Source: Corallochytrium limacisporum Hawaii | Lineage: Eukaryota; Protista; Pluriformea | DNA length: 38,711 nucleotides | Assembly (NCBI GenBank): GCA_002811645.1 | Contig: PDIP01000101.1 | Location: forward strand, 80,400-119,110 | Reading direction: 5' to 3' | In this document: positions 1 to 12,400 of the stretch, one piece after another | Layout of the letters: each line of letters opens with the position of its first letter | Position numbering within the stretch: position 1 is the stretch's first letter | The notes under the pieces: model-generated | The model's database searches: none | Told to the model about the DNA's origin: nothing | Seen by the model: the letters and a program-made list of their open reading frames with translations, nothing else | Program-made: the position numbers and the translations under genes

Positions 1-1122
1 GCGACGGCAGAGCTAAATCAAAATGAGTAGATTTGATACAATATTCTCAGACAGAGGGTGGTACTAAAAGTACTGCAAACCGCGCGGCCCGATTGGGGAC
101 AAAACAGTACTGGACACCACCGCCTCGAATGGAGCCTCCCCCGAGCGGGGTGTCTCGCCTCCGGCTCGCTGTTTTCGGTCGCTTGCCTCCCCTCTTTTTT
201 TTTTTTTGCCTCTCAATTTGCTTTCTCTCCAACCTTTGTGTCCAAACTTTTTGCGCACTAGGGGTGGGGGTTCAGATTTCCATACCAAAATTTCAGAAAC
301 CTCGAGAGGGCATTGGGTCACACTGCAGTCCCCCCCTACCACCACCACCACACTCTTTAAACCACCCGCCCAACCGCCTGCTCCCCCAAGCGTGTCTTTA
401 CGATCCCGACTTGAGAGAAAGGGAAAGTGGGAAAGGAGCACAGGCGGGCAGGTTTGAACCTTGCCGCTAATTTTTTACATTCTTCTTCGTCTTTTTTCTT
501 GGGATTCTCTGCGCTACCAGGACGTCCAGACCCAACAGAAATTCTTCATACTTTCTATATAGATTGTTTCGATCTCCGAAACCTGGCATGGCTCAGAGAA
601 GGAAGGAGGTGAGGAGAGCGGGAGCGAGCATCCCTTCCCCTCTCCCCCCGCCCCGGGGGGGGGGGGGATGGTTTCCGGTTATTGTTTTTTGGTGGCCTGA
701 AAGAGGTCCTTGTGATCATCAACTTTTGTTTCTATTTTTTTTATTTGTTTTTATTAAAAGTGGGCCCCCGCCAGGGGACAGGTCCACGGCCGCGAACCAC
801 CCTCCCTACTTTATTTGCCGTTGGGGGCGAGATGGATGATTTAAGAAACTTTTGAACACGAAAACAAAGAGAGCAAAAAAAAAAAAGGAATGGGAACAAA
901 GGGTTTTTTGTTCGCTGAAAAGTTTGGAAGGAGGGGGGGGAGGGCGACCCGAGACCGCAGCAAAAGCGGACCCCTCCGCCAGGCCGGCCTCCGCCCCCGC
1001 CAGCCCAGCCAGCCAGCCCTCTCTCTCCCTCAATCCCCCCCCCCATCGGTGTTATTCCAATCTCGTCCCGACGTTGTCCAGTACTTTCAGTACTGCAAAA
1101 TCGATCCACCCACCGTCCGAAT

Positions 1123-1141
1123 ACACACACACACACACACA
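1123..1141 (+). repeat. (AC)9 microsatellite
   Basis: Directly visible dinucleotide run. Confidence 0.9.
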
Positions 1142-1952
1142 GAGCCAGAGTGGGAGGAAACGGGGGAGGGAAGGGCCGACTCAAACGACGGCTGGCGGAG
1201 GGTCTCTCTCTCTCCGTGCTTTTGGGCCCCCCTTTTCTTTTTTTTGCAATTGTTTTTGAATAGGCGGGTTCCCTACAGAGCCTGCGCAGTTGTGTCGCCC
1301 ACTGCCCGGGAGAAGCTAAGCGCCAAGGGTGAAACCCACCAAAGAGGCTGAGTAAAGGTTGCTTCCCCGGTGCGGGTTAACACTTGCTGCGCGGTTTCTC
1401 CCCCTTTTTTTTTTCGAAGGCGCTGGAGAGAGGGACTTTGTCTGGCCTGTCTCTCCTGCTTTTTTGTTTATGCCCTCCCCCCCTCCACCCCCGGGGCTCA
1501 TCGGGGAGAGAACGGTTCGAAAATTGGGGTCGGTCCTGAAAAGTCTCCTCCTTTTTACCTTTACCATCTTTTCCTCTGTTCTTTCTTTTATCTTGGTCCT
1601 TTTTTTTTTGTTGGTTCGTAATTTTGCTCTTGGTTTTTTTTGGTGTATTTTCTTTTTTGGTTGGGGATTTGGACCCGCAGCCGCTGCTGAAGGAAACAAT
1701 GGAACCCCGGCCGAGACCCGAGTTCAGCCACCCAAAATTATATCAAAAAGGAAAAATACAATAAAGGCAGAAAAATAGACAGGTGAGGTTGGGCCACAAA
1801 AGAGAGAAAGTGAAGAATTAGGAGAAAGAAGAGGGGGGGGGAGTGGTGGGGGAAGGAGGGTGTGTTTGGACCCAAACAGGCCACCACGGACCCGACCTCA
1901 CAGGGGGACGAGCAAAAACCATAAAATGAATGATGTGCCCAAAAGAATTGCT

Positions 1953-1974
1953 GCTGGTGCTGGTGCTGGTGCTG
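1953..1974 (+). repeat. (GCTGGT)3 short tandem repeat plus partial copy
   Basis: gctggt gctggt gctggt gctg. Confidence 0.8.
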
Positions 1975-2395
1975 CGGCCCGCTTTGCTGTCGGTATCATC
2001 ATCGCAAAGGGGGTGGATCCATCCGGTACAGTTGGTTCTCTTTTGTGGTTGGAGGGTTTTGTTCCTTTGTCGCGAATCTTTTGTGTTTGTGCGTTTTGGG
2101 AAGTGCTATCAGATGTCTGCCGCTGAGCGCTTGTATTCCCTTTTGGCGGGCCTTGATTTTGTAGGTTCTGCGCACCTTTGCGACTTCCGAACGTGTCCTT
2201 CGGTAATAAGAGTTCTTGATGAGAACCTGATGATGAAGTGGTAGTGCAAAGATATTTCATAGACGGTGCAATCATGTATGTGGTGACAAACGATACAATT
2301 CACACCCTTGTTTTGACCCAGTTGTGGACCAAACCAGCATTGACTGTACCGTGAATACTCTACCAAAGTTCGACTGAAAGTTGAAAACAAGGACC

Positions 2396-4048
2396 ATGAT
2401 CTTCACTCGGGTCGCTGCCTATCGCCGGTCAGCGGTTGCCGCTGTTGTCGCTGGTGTTGGTGCGGGTGCATCCTACTACATGTACAATTCTCCAGTGCAA
2501 GCCAAAGGAAACCCCACCAAGGGTGGTCTGCCGCACTACAAGTATGTCATCATTGGTGCCGGTGTCTCTGCTCGCACCTGTATGCACACCCTGAACAAGA
2601 TTGACCCAACCGTTACTGACAGCCGTGCTGATACTGGTCGTGTGCTCATGGTCGGCAATGACCCTCGCATGAACTCCATCGGCTATACCATCGACGACCG
2701 TTCTGAAATTGAAAAGATGGGTGCCCATCCGGACAACGAAGTCTACCTGGGACACCTGGCCACTTCCCTGGACATCTTCAAGAAGACTCTTACCCTCAAC
2801 GATGGCAAGACCGTGAGCTTTGACAAGTGCTTCATCGCTACAGGTGGTGCCCCGCCCTCTCTCGGTCATGTCAGCGCAGAAGCCAAGGACCGGGTCGTTT
2901 CCTTCCGCACCAATAAGGATGTCGAGCGTATTCAGAAGCTGATTACTTCTGGCTCTGTTGGACATGTGACCGTGGTCGGTGGTGGCTTCCTCGGTACTGA
3001 GATTTCTCTGGCGTTGCAGAAGCTTGCAGGTGACAAGAAATTGAATGTGACCCAGATGTACGCAGAGCCCGGTGTGTTGTACAAGTTCTTCCCGGAATAC
3101 CTACGTGCATATGTGACTGCTCGCCTGCGGGACCACCGTGTCGAACAACGCAACTTCTCCTTGTGCACCGGTGTGAGCGTAGATGCCCCGACCAACAAGG
3201 TTGCCCTAGCGATCGAGTCTTGGGAACAGACCTACCTGATGACGGACCTCGTCATCTTCGCTCCGACCAACATTGATGCCAACACGGATTTGGCCTCATC
3301 GGCTGGCCTCGAGATTGACGAGTCCTCGGGCGGTATCTTGGTGAACCAGCAGCTGTGCGCTTTTGAGGACATTTATGTCGGTGGTGACGCCGCCAGTTAT
3401 CCGAATCCATACCTTGGCCGCCGCCGTGACCAGAATTACGACCACGCCGTTGCGTCTGGTATTGTCGCTGCTAAGAACATGTATGGCGAGCGTGTCGTGT
3501 ATGATCACATCCCCATGTTGCGCTCCCGTCTGCCTGCGATCAATCTGGATCAAGTAATGTTGGGTCGTTTGGATGCGAAACTGGAGAACTTGGGACTGTG
3601 GGAGATGAGCCGCAAGCGTCGTCGCTCCGGTGAGGCATCGGACAGTGTGGCAGCGGAGGCTGAGCTGACCCAGTACAATTCCCGGTACAAGAAGGGCGTG
3701 GTGTGCTACTTTGACCAAGGCAAGATTGTCGGTGTGCTGATGGTAAACCTCGAGGATCCCGATGAGATTGACAAGGCACGGAAGTTGATTGAGGATGGTA
3801 TCGACTACACTGGCCTGGAAACGGAGGATCTGGTGACTGAGCTTCGGGACCGCATTGCACACGAATTGCAGCTGCCAGTGACCAAGCACACGGTAAGCCG
3901 GAGCTCTCAGGAACACCTGCGCAAGAGCAATGTCTACAAGATCCGCCGCGGTATGATTGAAGACAGCACTCGCGTTGAGGGTGACTTCCTGCCCACCAAG
4001 AGGAAGCGCAGTGCCATCCAGGAATACTCCAAGACCCCCATTGACTAA
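2396..4048 (+). CDS. Apoptosis-inducing factor (AIF)-like mitochondrial FAD-dependent pyridine nucleotide oxidoreductase, divergent
   Basis: First in-frame ATG at 2396 (accATG; the ORF track opens at TTG 2381). Arg-rich N-terminus, then a hydrophobic anchor (AVAAVVAGVGAGASYYMY). Rossmann motifs YVIIGAG and VTVVGGGFLGTE, CFIATGG, and the AIF-type segment GLEIDESSGGILVNQQL...IYVGGDAA...LGRRR...DHAVASGIVAAKNM. Confidence 0.85.
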   Translation: MIFTRVAAYRRSAVAAVVAGVGAGASYYMYNSPVQAKGNPTKGGLPHYKYVIIGAGVSARTCMHTLNKIDPTVTDSRADTGRVLMVGNDPRMNSIGYTIDDRSEIEKMGAHPDNEVYLGHLATSLDIFKKTLTLNDGKTVSFDKCFIATGGAPPSLGHVSAEAKDRVVSFRTNKDVERIQKLITSGSVGHVTVVGGGFLGTEISLALQKLAGDKKLNVTQMYAEPGVLYKFFPEYLRAYVTARLRDHRVEQRNFSLCTGVSVDAPTNKVALAIESWEQTYLMTDLVIFAPTNIDANTDLASSAGLEIDESSGGILVNQQLCAFEDIYVGGDAASYPNPYLGRRRDQNYDHAVASGIVAAKNMYGERVVYDHIPMLRSRLPAINLDQVMLGRLDAKLENLGLWEMSRKRRRSGEASDSVAAEAELTQYNSRYKKGVVCYFDQGKIVGVLMVNLEDPDEIDKARKLIEDGIDYTGLETEDLVTELRDRIAHELQLPVTKHTVSRSSQEHLRKSNVYKIRRGMIEDSTRVEGDFLPTKRKRSAIQEYSKTPID

Positions 4049-4470
4049 TCGGGCACAAACATGCTTCTTTGAAACCTTTTGTTGAATAGCGTTCTGAAAT
4101 GAATTTGGTTTGACATCCAAATCACTCCCTGTGACTCAATCGTCCGTCGACTTGTAGCATTCCATTGCCTTTTGCGCTCCATCAAAAGAGCACCTGTTTC
4201 CAACAAACAGACAACACTAGTACCAAACAAACAAAAAACACCCCAATACAACAGTCATATCTGTCAGAAAAGCACGCCGCAGCATTTGGATCCCAGGTTT
4301 TCGACACCTCCCCTCGCGCAGGGCTGCATGTAGTTTGGAGCCGCCTTATTGGGGATCAATTTGCAGGTCTGGCTAGCCCACCACGACTTTCAACAGGTGA
4401 AGAGATGTCCGCAGAGAAGACAGGTCCAGAAATTTAAAATTACTATGATTACATGTTATGGAAATGTATA

Positions 4471-4881
4471 CTATACTGATAGGTTCTTGCGCGCCCGCAT
4501 CATTCGTCTGGCCAGAACTATTCGACCGGCGACTGTGGACATACGCTTCAGGAAGCCGTGCTTTTTCTTCCGCTTGTGACGGTTTGGCTGGTACTCCATA
4601 CCGCGTTTCTTGGTGCGGATCTGTGACAATATCCCGGAGAAGACGCCCTCCGTGACGTGTGACAGGCCACTAGTGTCGAACATTGCAGTAACGTTGTGAA
4701 CGGCGTTCAGGGGTGACAGGGACGCACTTCTGATCATTGAAATCCGGGGAGCCATCATCTGTTGTTGCCCGCCTGCCCGGACGCTCATGTATCTACTAGT
4801 GCATGTGGGAAAATTTGCGACCGACGCCGAAGTTAGCTGTCGGACCAGACTTGGAACCCGTCCAAATATTCTACTAATCAT
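4471..4881 (-). CDS. MRPL34: Mitochondrial ribosomal protein bL34m
   Basis: C-terminal [43 protein letters not shown] matches the bL34 signature; long Arg/Ser-rich, acid-poor presequence. Confidence 0.93.
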   Translation of the reverse strand: MISRIFGRVPSLVRQLTSASVANFPTCTSRYMSVRAGGQQQMMAPRISMIRSASLSPLNAVHNVTAMFDTSGLSHVTEGVFSGILSQIRTKKRGMEYQPNRHKRKKKHGFLKRMSTVAGRIVLARRMMRARKNLSV

Positions 4882-5809
4882 GATCTATGTTTCTTCGTAC
4901 AACTTGTACAAATAACCACTAATTACTACTGTTTGTCTCCCGAGGTCTGTCTTTCATTAAGATTGTATTAATTCCGATTCAAAAATGGTAGAACAAACTA
5001 TCGATCAACGAGCTACGGCAGGTGATGCCACACGGCCTGTGATTGTCGAAATACCTGGGCCCGATACAGCGCCATGTGACGGCCCCACCATACCAAAAGT
5101 ACCGTTCCCTTTGGCCGCAACCGGGACCAGGTCCCGCCGCAGGAGCAAGTGGAAACTGCGGAAAGAAGGAACTGAAAGTACGGAAAACCCTCTCCCCCTT
5201 CCCCCTTGAGCGAGTTTCGCACACTGTGCTGAAACCCGGTAACTCAGGCCCCAGGTCGGGGCCAGAAAAAAACACACACAACCCCCCCACATCTCAGCTC
5301 GGCTTCTAAAAACACACAATCATTTTCCTCCAGAAAGTGTTCGAAAAATTCCAGTTTGCAATTTTTGGCGATTTTGTGTCGCAAACAGAGAAGGCCTTTC
5401 TCAATACTGAATATACCGAAATTTGTGGTTTGTTGATTTCTCCATACTATATATTAGACCCCGGTGTCTTATGTACCGAACAGCACACGGGTCAGTTGTG
5501 GGCCGCAAGGTGTGCGAGTATCGGGGTAGAGCCCCTGGGTCAGTACTTTGGTGTAGTCAAACACCAACCGTTCAGCAGCCTAGTTCTGGCAGTTCCCAGC
5601 ACTCATTGTACTGAACGTGTGTGCTGGTGTAGTGAACCACAAGCACCACAGCTCGGCCAACCAACACGGTGATAGAAGTATGTAATTATACTCTAGATCA
5701 TAGAGTATAACAAGCTATTTCTCGTATTTAAGGTCAGCCACTTCGAACACATTGGTAGTAACAGCCAACACCTAGGTATATATTTATCGGGAATCATATT
5801 AGCATCAAT

Positions 5810-6415
5810 ATGGTGTTCGAAAAGGTTATTGTAATTGACGGTAAGGGACACCTTCTGGGTCGTCTGGCCTCCATTGTGGCCAAGGAGATTCTGAGCGGTC
5901 AGAATGTCGTTGTTGTCCGCTGCGAGGAGATCGAGCAGACCGGAAAGTTCATTCGCAACAAGCTGAAATACCTGTCTTTCCTGCGTAAGCGCACCAACGT
6001 CAACCCCGACAAGGGTCCCATCCATTTCCGCGCTCCCTCCAAGATCTTCTGGCGCACTGTCCGCGGTATGATCCCCCACAAGACCCAGCGCGGTAAGGCT
6101 GCCATGGACCGCCTGAAAGTCTTCGATGGTGTCCCTCCCCCTTACGACAAGATGAAGCGCATGGTTGTCCCCGATGCTCTGCGCGTCCTGCGCCTGCGTC
6201 CCGACCGCAAGTACTGCAAGATCGGCCGCATTAGCCACGAGGTCGGATGGAAGTACCAGGATGTTGTTGCAACTCTGGAAGAGAAGCGCAAGGTCAAGGC
6301 CCAGGCGTACTATGAGCGCAAGAAGGAACTGGCCAAGATCCGCTCCCAGGCTGAGAAGAACAAGGCTTCCGAGCTGGAGGGTATTAACGGCGAGCTTGCT
6401 CAGTTCGGATACTGA
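5810..6415 (+). CDS. RPL13A: 60S ribosomal protein uL13 (L13a/L16)
   Basis: [49 protein letters not shown]; strong C/G third-position codon bias. Confidence 0.98.
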   Translation: MVFEKVIVIDGKGHLLGRLASIVAKEILSGQNVVVVRCEEIEQTGKFIRNKLKYLSFLRKRTNVNPDKGPIHFRAPSKIFWRTVRGMIPHKTQRGKAAMDRLKVFDGVPPPYDKMKRMVVPDALRVLRLRPDRKYCKIGRISHEVGWKYQDVVATLEEKRKVKAQAYYERKKELAKIRSQAEKNKASELEGINGELAQFGY

Positions 6416-6834
6416 GAGGGTGACACAGCGTGACGGACATGATGAAAACAAGCACTGGCGGACCATGGCAAGGTACCTGCCTTGGGAATACTCAGAAGTT
6501 GTGGTTCTGCAGTGCTTAACATCTACGTTACTTTGGCTACCCTTTTGTTATTGAAAAAGTTCGGCATATCTTTCTAGTTTCTTCACTCCTAAACCAACAT
6601 CAACATAGCAGAGTCGTGTGTGTCATGGGACATGCATTTCACTTCAACAAAGCATAACTGTTTTAGCATAAATTACATTCCTACATAAGTAATAACCAAA
6701 ATGTTTCATTTGTTACTATTGGTGTCTTCAAATTTCTTTGGGTTTTAGCTTTTTAGCCTTAGTGGTGTCTACAAGATAGGGATGTCAATACATGCAAACT
6801 GATGCCAAATTTGAATGTAAATGGAAAGTACATG

Positions 6835-8070
6835 TTACTTGAATAGCTTGCGAATGGACATGTTGCGGTCTGAGTCCTTCTGCATGACCTTGGACACAGC
6901 CATCTCGAAGTCCTCTTGGGTGACGTGAACACGACGCTCACGGAGCGCATACATACCTGCCTCTGTGCAGACACCTTTGATTTCAGCACCGCTGGCACCA
7001 ATTAACTGCTCAGCAATCTTGCGGAGATCGATGCCACGCGTCAGGTTCATCTTCCTGCTGTGGATCTTCAGAATATCCAGACGTGCATCGGTGTTGGGGG
7101 CCGGGAACTCAATCTTACGATCAATGCGGCCAGGACGCAACAGAGCGGAATCTAAGATGTCGATACGGTTTGTTGCCATAATAATCTTGATGTTCTGGTG
7201 TGCTTCAAAACCATCCAACTGATTGAGCAACTCAAGCATGGTACGCTGCACCTCAGAGTCGCCACCACCGCCGCCGCTTTCCGACCGCGTGCTACCGATG
7301 GAGTCGATTTCATCCATAAAGATGATAGAAGGGGCATGCTCACGAGCCATAACAAACAGCTCACGTACCATGCGACTGCCCTCACCAATGTACTTCTGGA
7401 CAAGTTCACTACCACTGACTCGGATAAAGGTACAATCTGTGTGATGGGCCACTGCGCGAGCTAACAGAGTCTTGCCTGTGCCAGGAGGCCCATAAAGCAA
7501 AACACCCTTCGGTTGGGCAATACCCAGTGCCTCGAACAACTCAGGATGCTTAACAGGCAGTTCAATGACCTCCTTGATCTCCTTGATCTGCTTGGTCAAA
7601 CCACCGACCATATCGTATGTTGAATCCGGAACTTTCTCCACCATCATAAGTGAAACCAAAGGATCCACTTTGTTCGGCAAAATTTTGTGCAGAGTGTACG
7701 AATCATTTCGAAGAGCCACGCGCAAGTTAGCCTTGATTGTGTTGATATCAATGTCCTTGTCGATTTCGACAACGTATTTTCCTTCCGGGTGCACCTTAAC
7801 AAGCACTTTCTTCTTGCCCATCACTTTCACAACCTCACCGACATAAGAACCCGGCTCCTGAAGCAGTCTCAGTTCCTCCCGCAGCATACGCACATTAGAG
7901 TTTAACTCATTACGCTGTGCTTCCAAACGACGAAGGTTCTGGCTCTGTTCGACATATTGCAGTTGCATCTCTTCGATGCGAGTGCGGAAATATTTCTTCA
8001 AGGCAGATGAATCTTGGCTATCCACCTCCATGGCGCTCTTCGGGCCGCCGTTAAGTGTTGTAGTAGCCAT
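6835..8070 (-). CDS. PSMC5: 26S proteasome AAA-ATPase subunit Rpt6
   Basis: [12 protein letters not shown], Walker A GPPGTGKT, Walker [38 protein letters not shown]-terminal MSIRKLFK. First ATG at 8070 (the track opens at GTG 8130). Confidence 0.97.
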   Translation of the reverse strand: MATTTLNGGPKSAMEVDSQDSSALKKYFRTRIEEMQLQYVEQSQNLRRLEAQRNELNSNVRMLREELRLLQEPGSYVGEVVKVMGKKKVLVKVHPEGKYVVEIDKDIDINTIKANLRVALRNDSYTLHKILPNKVDPLVSLMMVEKVPDSTYDMVGGLTKQIKEIKEVIELPVKHPELFEALGIAQPKGVLLYGPPGTGKTLLARAVAHHTDCTFIRVSGSELVQKYIGEGSRMVRELFVMAREHAPSIIFMDEIDSIGSTRSESGGGGGDSEVQRTMLELLNQLDGFEAHQNIKIIMATNRIDILDSALLRPGRIDRKIEFPAPNTDARLDILKIHSRKMNLTRGIDLRKIAEQLIGASGAEIKGVCTEAGMYALRERRVHVTQEDFEMAVSKVMQKDSDRNMSIRKLFK

Positions 8071-8532
8071 GTTTCCCGGTATCCTATAATACCACGTTTC
8101 GGTTCCGACGACTTTTGACCGATGGAACACGTCACACTGTTGGATACTAGTTACTCGCAGGTCGTGGTATGATGTACAATCGTAAACACGTGCTGAAATT
8201 TATAACTGTTAATAGCATGGTATTAATTGTGCTATTGCCCATGGGGTACAAAATGGAAGGACGCAAACAGAGTGACTTAAACAAGCCACCGACGACGGCG
8301 GGTGTTGCTAAGAATGTAGAATCTCGTGTGAAGAAGGGACCTGTTATTCACTGTTTTGCCAACCTCCCCTGTCTCCAGTTCCCCTCGGCTCTCCAACCAT
8401 TGTTTTCTCTTTTCCGGTACATTGCCTATTTTCTCAAGTAGACTCGCGGCGGGAGAATTCAAACGCCACCCGAACCGCGTCCGGTAGGGACAAGGGCTTT
8501 CATGGTTCTTTCGGAGCGGTTCCCCTCCCCCC

Positions 8533-8578
8533 NNNNNNNNNNNNNNNNNNNNNNNNNNNNNNNNNNNNNNNNNNNNNN
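8533..8578. other. Assembly gap
   Basis: N run directly after a C tract. Confidence 0.99.
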
Positions 8579-8937
8579 TACTGGCGCCTTTCGGAGCGCG
8601 ACAGCTCCCCCGCCGAGTCCGTACGCTGTGTGTTCTCTGTAGTTCCCGAAACAATGAGGGACACAACTGTAACCGGCACCCCCCCCTCCCACCACCTCGG
8701 AACTGACTGGCCCGAAAGCCAGAAATTAGGCGATAATTAAAAATACGCCGTATGTAAATATGGACAGTTGATGGATAAATCCAACCGGTTCTGTGTTCGC
8801 AGTATTCAACCATCTCCAATTGGGGGATGTAAATATGCCTAGCGGGCCGCGCACCAACCGCTGGAACACTGCCAAACCTCGCTCCCCCCTTTTCCCTGGT
8901 GGAGTGTTTGACCGAGAAGAAATCACAGGGCGAAATT

Positions 8938-8960
8938 GGGGGGGGGGGGGGGGGGGGGGG
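8938..8960 (+). repeat. G23 homopolymer in the RPT6/BUB1 divergent spacer
   Basis: 23 consecutive G, about 450 nt upstream of the BUB1 ATG. Confidence 0.9.
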
Positions 8961-9408
8961 AGGCGGGGGGCTGCAGTCTTAGGCGCGATATTTCGGAGGG
9001 CCGTTTGCAGTAGGTTCGGTAGTGAAAATGTGCCCGGCCACCTCCCTTCCGAGGGTGGGGAAGACACTCTGTCCCTGAGCTCCGTTTGGGTTTTGGGCGG
9101 GAACGGTTCAAAGGGTCCGGGAGGGTCGCATGGACGGGCAAATGGTGAGTCTCCAAGAGCACTTGCCCGTTTGTGCAGGCTCCTCCTTGACGTTTCACTT
9201 TGGATCCTTGATTAATTTCGCTGCAAAGGTACGTATATTCAAATAGTGTATAGTCCCGTGTTCTTTTCAACACTACTCTACGTGTACCGTGCAGGGGTGA
9301 ATATAGAGTCAAGCAACGGGATTTGAACTCCTGGTCTTTACACACACACCAGTCTGGGATCAAAGTAGTTGAAGACACCTGGAGCGCAAAATACGACATA
9401 AAATAACT

Positions 9409-12400
9409 ATGTCATTACACGAGGATCAACATGCCTGGGAGCATTCAAAGGAGAATGTTGCACCTGTCAAAAAGGGACGCAGCGTTACCAAAATCAATGC
9501 AGTGCTAAGACAGATGGCACAGGACCCACTTGGTGACGGTGCCGTGGCTGGAAAACTGGATCGGGAAAAAAAGGAATGGGAGCAGCGGGTGACAGTTGCT
9601 TTGCAGGAAGAAGAGGATCCCCTTCCGATCTGGATTTCCTATTTGCAGTGGATTGAAGAAACCAATCTCTCTGATACAAACAAACTTCTGAACGCTCTAG
9701 AACAGTGCTGTCGACAATTTCAGGATGATCCCCGCTTCACTAATGACATGCGTTACCTGCGTATTTGGCTGGGCTACAGCGACATGGTTGACAATCCCAT
9801 TGACAATTACAAACACATGAAAGCCCGTGGAATTGGGCTTTCTCATGCAATATTTTGGGAGAGCTGGGCTCTGCAGGCAGAAGCCGTGTCGGACAATCGT
9901 ACCGCACAGGAGGTCTATGACGAAGCCATTCGCAGTCGGGCGCAACCGCACCAGCGCATTCTCAACGCTCAAGAGGCTTTTCAGCGTCGTCTTATGAACA
10001 AAATTAAATTGGACACGGAGCAGGGCACCACCACCGTGCGCCCCAGTCAGCGACCCGGTCGGACCGCATTAGCTTCTCTCGGATTCCAACGCGGGAACGA
10101 CGGTACTCAGACTCCCATGGTCCAGAGTATCAGACAGGCTCGGGCAATAGGCGGTGTACAGCAGAACATGCCCTCCGCAGGCTTTGCCATTTTTGATGAC
10201 GAAAATGCACCCCCGAGCGCCCGCTCCCAGTCAAAACCAGCGATGGTTCCCGGTCATCTGCCTTCGGCCCGTTTGGCTTCGAAGGAGAACGCTCCGGCAG
10301 TGAGCCGCATGGCTGGTCAGCGTGTCGAATTGTCCCGGGGCGTCCGCAATCCGGCCACTGAGCGTCCAGATTTCACGCTCTACGAAGAGGAACGGCCGGC
10401 AGCTCAGATAGACAAACCACTGCACCAACGTAAACAGCAGGCTAACAAGGCTTTGCAGCCTGTTCGCGGTGCCGAGGGAAGTGGCGATTTGGCGCGCAAC
10501 CCGCTGGGGCGCATGCGAGCCACAGAACCAACCAAGTCTGTCCTCAAGACCTCTTACGATGTCTCCCTGCTGAGAGATGCCCTGAGTGGCATTGAGAAGA
10601 CCTTTGAAATGCACAGAGCAAAAGCATGGATCACAAAAAACGGACCAATCCCCAACAAGCCCACACAGGAAGGTGTAATTCCAGCCAAGTCCATCCTGAA
10701 GGAGACTGTCGAAGACGAAGCGGATTCTGACAATGCAATGAGCATGACTGATGTGCACGTTGTGCCCCCTGCTGCTGAGCAACTGGCATTCAAGCCCGCT
10801 CCCAAGGTGATGCGCTCTCCTGTTCCGGTCCACGCGGCCCCAGTGCGCACCCAGCTCTCTGACGATGATGACGATTATACTGCCGAACCCACTGCCACTA
10901 TCGCCAGTCCCACCATCAACACCAAGGCTGCTCTAGCTGATGTGTACAGCATGTTTAGTGAAGACCTTGCAGAGCCGACAGAGGAGATCACTTTGAGCAA
11001 CGCTCAAGATCGCTTTGAGGCTGCCATGCGGTCATCTGGACAAATTGCCGCGGTTACATCAACTGTCGCACCGGCCGCTACAAGGAGTACAGTTCAGGAC
11101 GATGGTGATGACTTTGCCATCTTCGAGGACGATGCTGAGGCAGGTAGCAAAAAATGCTCCAACGAACTGCAACATGAGACTGTAGAACGAAGCACATTTT
11201 CCAGCGGTGTGGACCACGGCCTCTCACCCATCATTGAGTCCAACTCGGAGACTGACAGCATTGGGCAGCGTCAGCAGCAGCAGCGTATGGGTATTTCCCA
11301 GCAGATTATGGAAGCTGTAACAGAGGAAAAAACCGGTGAAGTCGAAGCTTCTCATGCCGCCTCTTCTGACCCTTCGCCAGTTGTGGTTAAGGAATCTCCT
11401 CAGCCGAAAGGGGCACTGATCCCTATCTTCACCAAAGAAGAGCAACAGCGTGCTGTAGACAGGATCATGGATGATGTTGAACTTCTGCCTTCATTCTCTG
11501 ACATCAGCGAATGCGAAGGGCCCCCTTTACCCACCTTCAACAACAATACTGGCCGCATTGTCACCCGCGCCAACTGCCCCATCACCATTGGTGGCGAGAT
11601 TTACCACCCCACTGCCTTGTTAGGAGAAGGCGCCTTTGCACGGGTTTACCTCGTCACTAAGGCCTCTGAAAAAGACGCTGAGAGAACGGGCTGGTTTAAG
11701 ATTGAGGATCTGAATCGTAGTGTCTTTGCTCTGAAGGTTCAGAAGCCGCCTTGCCCTTGGGAGTTCTACGCAATGCACACTGTTCACCAGCGCCTCAAGA
11801 GTTGCGGGACGTCGAAGGCGACTGCCGCCCAGCGGTGGTACGTGGATCCCGAGGTCTGCACCCTCCATGAAGACGGTAGCTACCTAGCCATGGAATACCA
11901 CAGTCACGGATCGCTGCTTGATGCCATCAACGTTCACTACCATGGAGCTGCTTCCACATCGGCATCGAGTATGGATGAGATGTTAGCTGCCTACTACACT
12001 GTTGAACTCCTCCGTGCCCTCCACACACTTCACAGCGACGTCCAGATGTTCCACGGCGATGTTAAGTCTGATAATGTTCTTATTCGTGACGTTGATGCAT
12101 ACGACTCCACTTGGGAGGATGCACCAGAGGATGAGGAAATCTGGCCCACACCAGGCATGATCGTGTTTATCGATTTTGGCCGCTGCATCGACCTCAAGCT
12201 CTATGGACCCCACGATCACTTTACCGGCAGCTGCGAGACTGAGGGCATGGAATGTGTTGAAATGCGGGAAGGACGTCCGTGGCGGCGTCAGGTTGACACG
12301 TATGGTCTGGCTGGTATAATCTACCAGCTACTCTTTGGAAAGGAAATGGAGATTGTGCACGACGCGAACAGTGGGGCATGGAGGCCTCGCGAGAACCTGA

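Noticed and set aside
33-2390. Many 60-150 aa ORFs here and in 18900-20400 and 21500-24600
   Set aside because: Translations are dominated by poly-F/K/G/P from homopolymer tracts, mostly with non-ATG starts.
6439-6445. C-box-like RTGATGA (also near 2230, 18483, 20235, 28496) as C/D snoRNA candidates
   Set aside because: No suitably placed D box with terminal stem and no rRNA-complementary guide that I could recognise.
5693-6466. 257-aa antisense ORF over RPL13A (similar ones over AIF, TM9SF and EBP2)
   Set aside because: Antisense shadow caused by strong codon bias; no ATG context or motifs of its own.
8256-8268. GAAGGACGCA(AAC) shared with 24657 and 27545
   Set aside because: Matches of 10-13 nt are expected by chance in 39 kb; no extended similarity.
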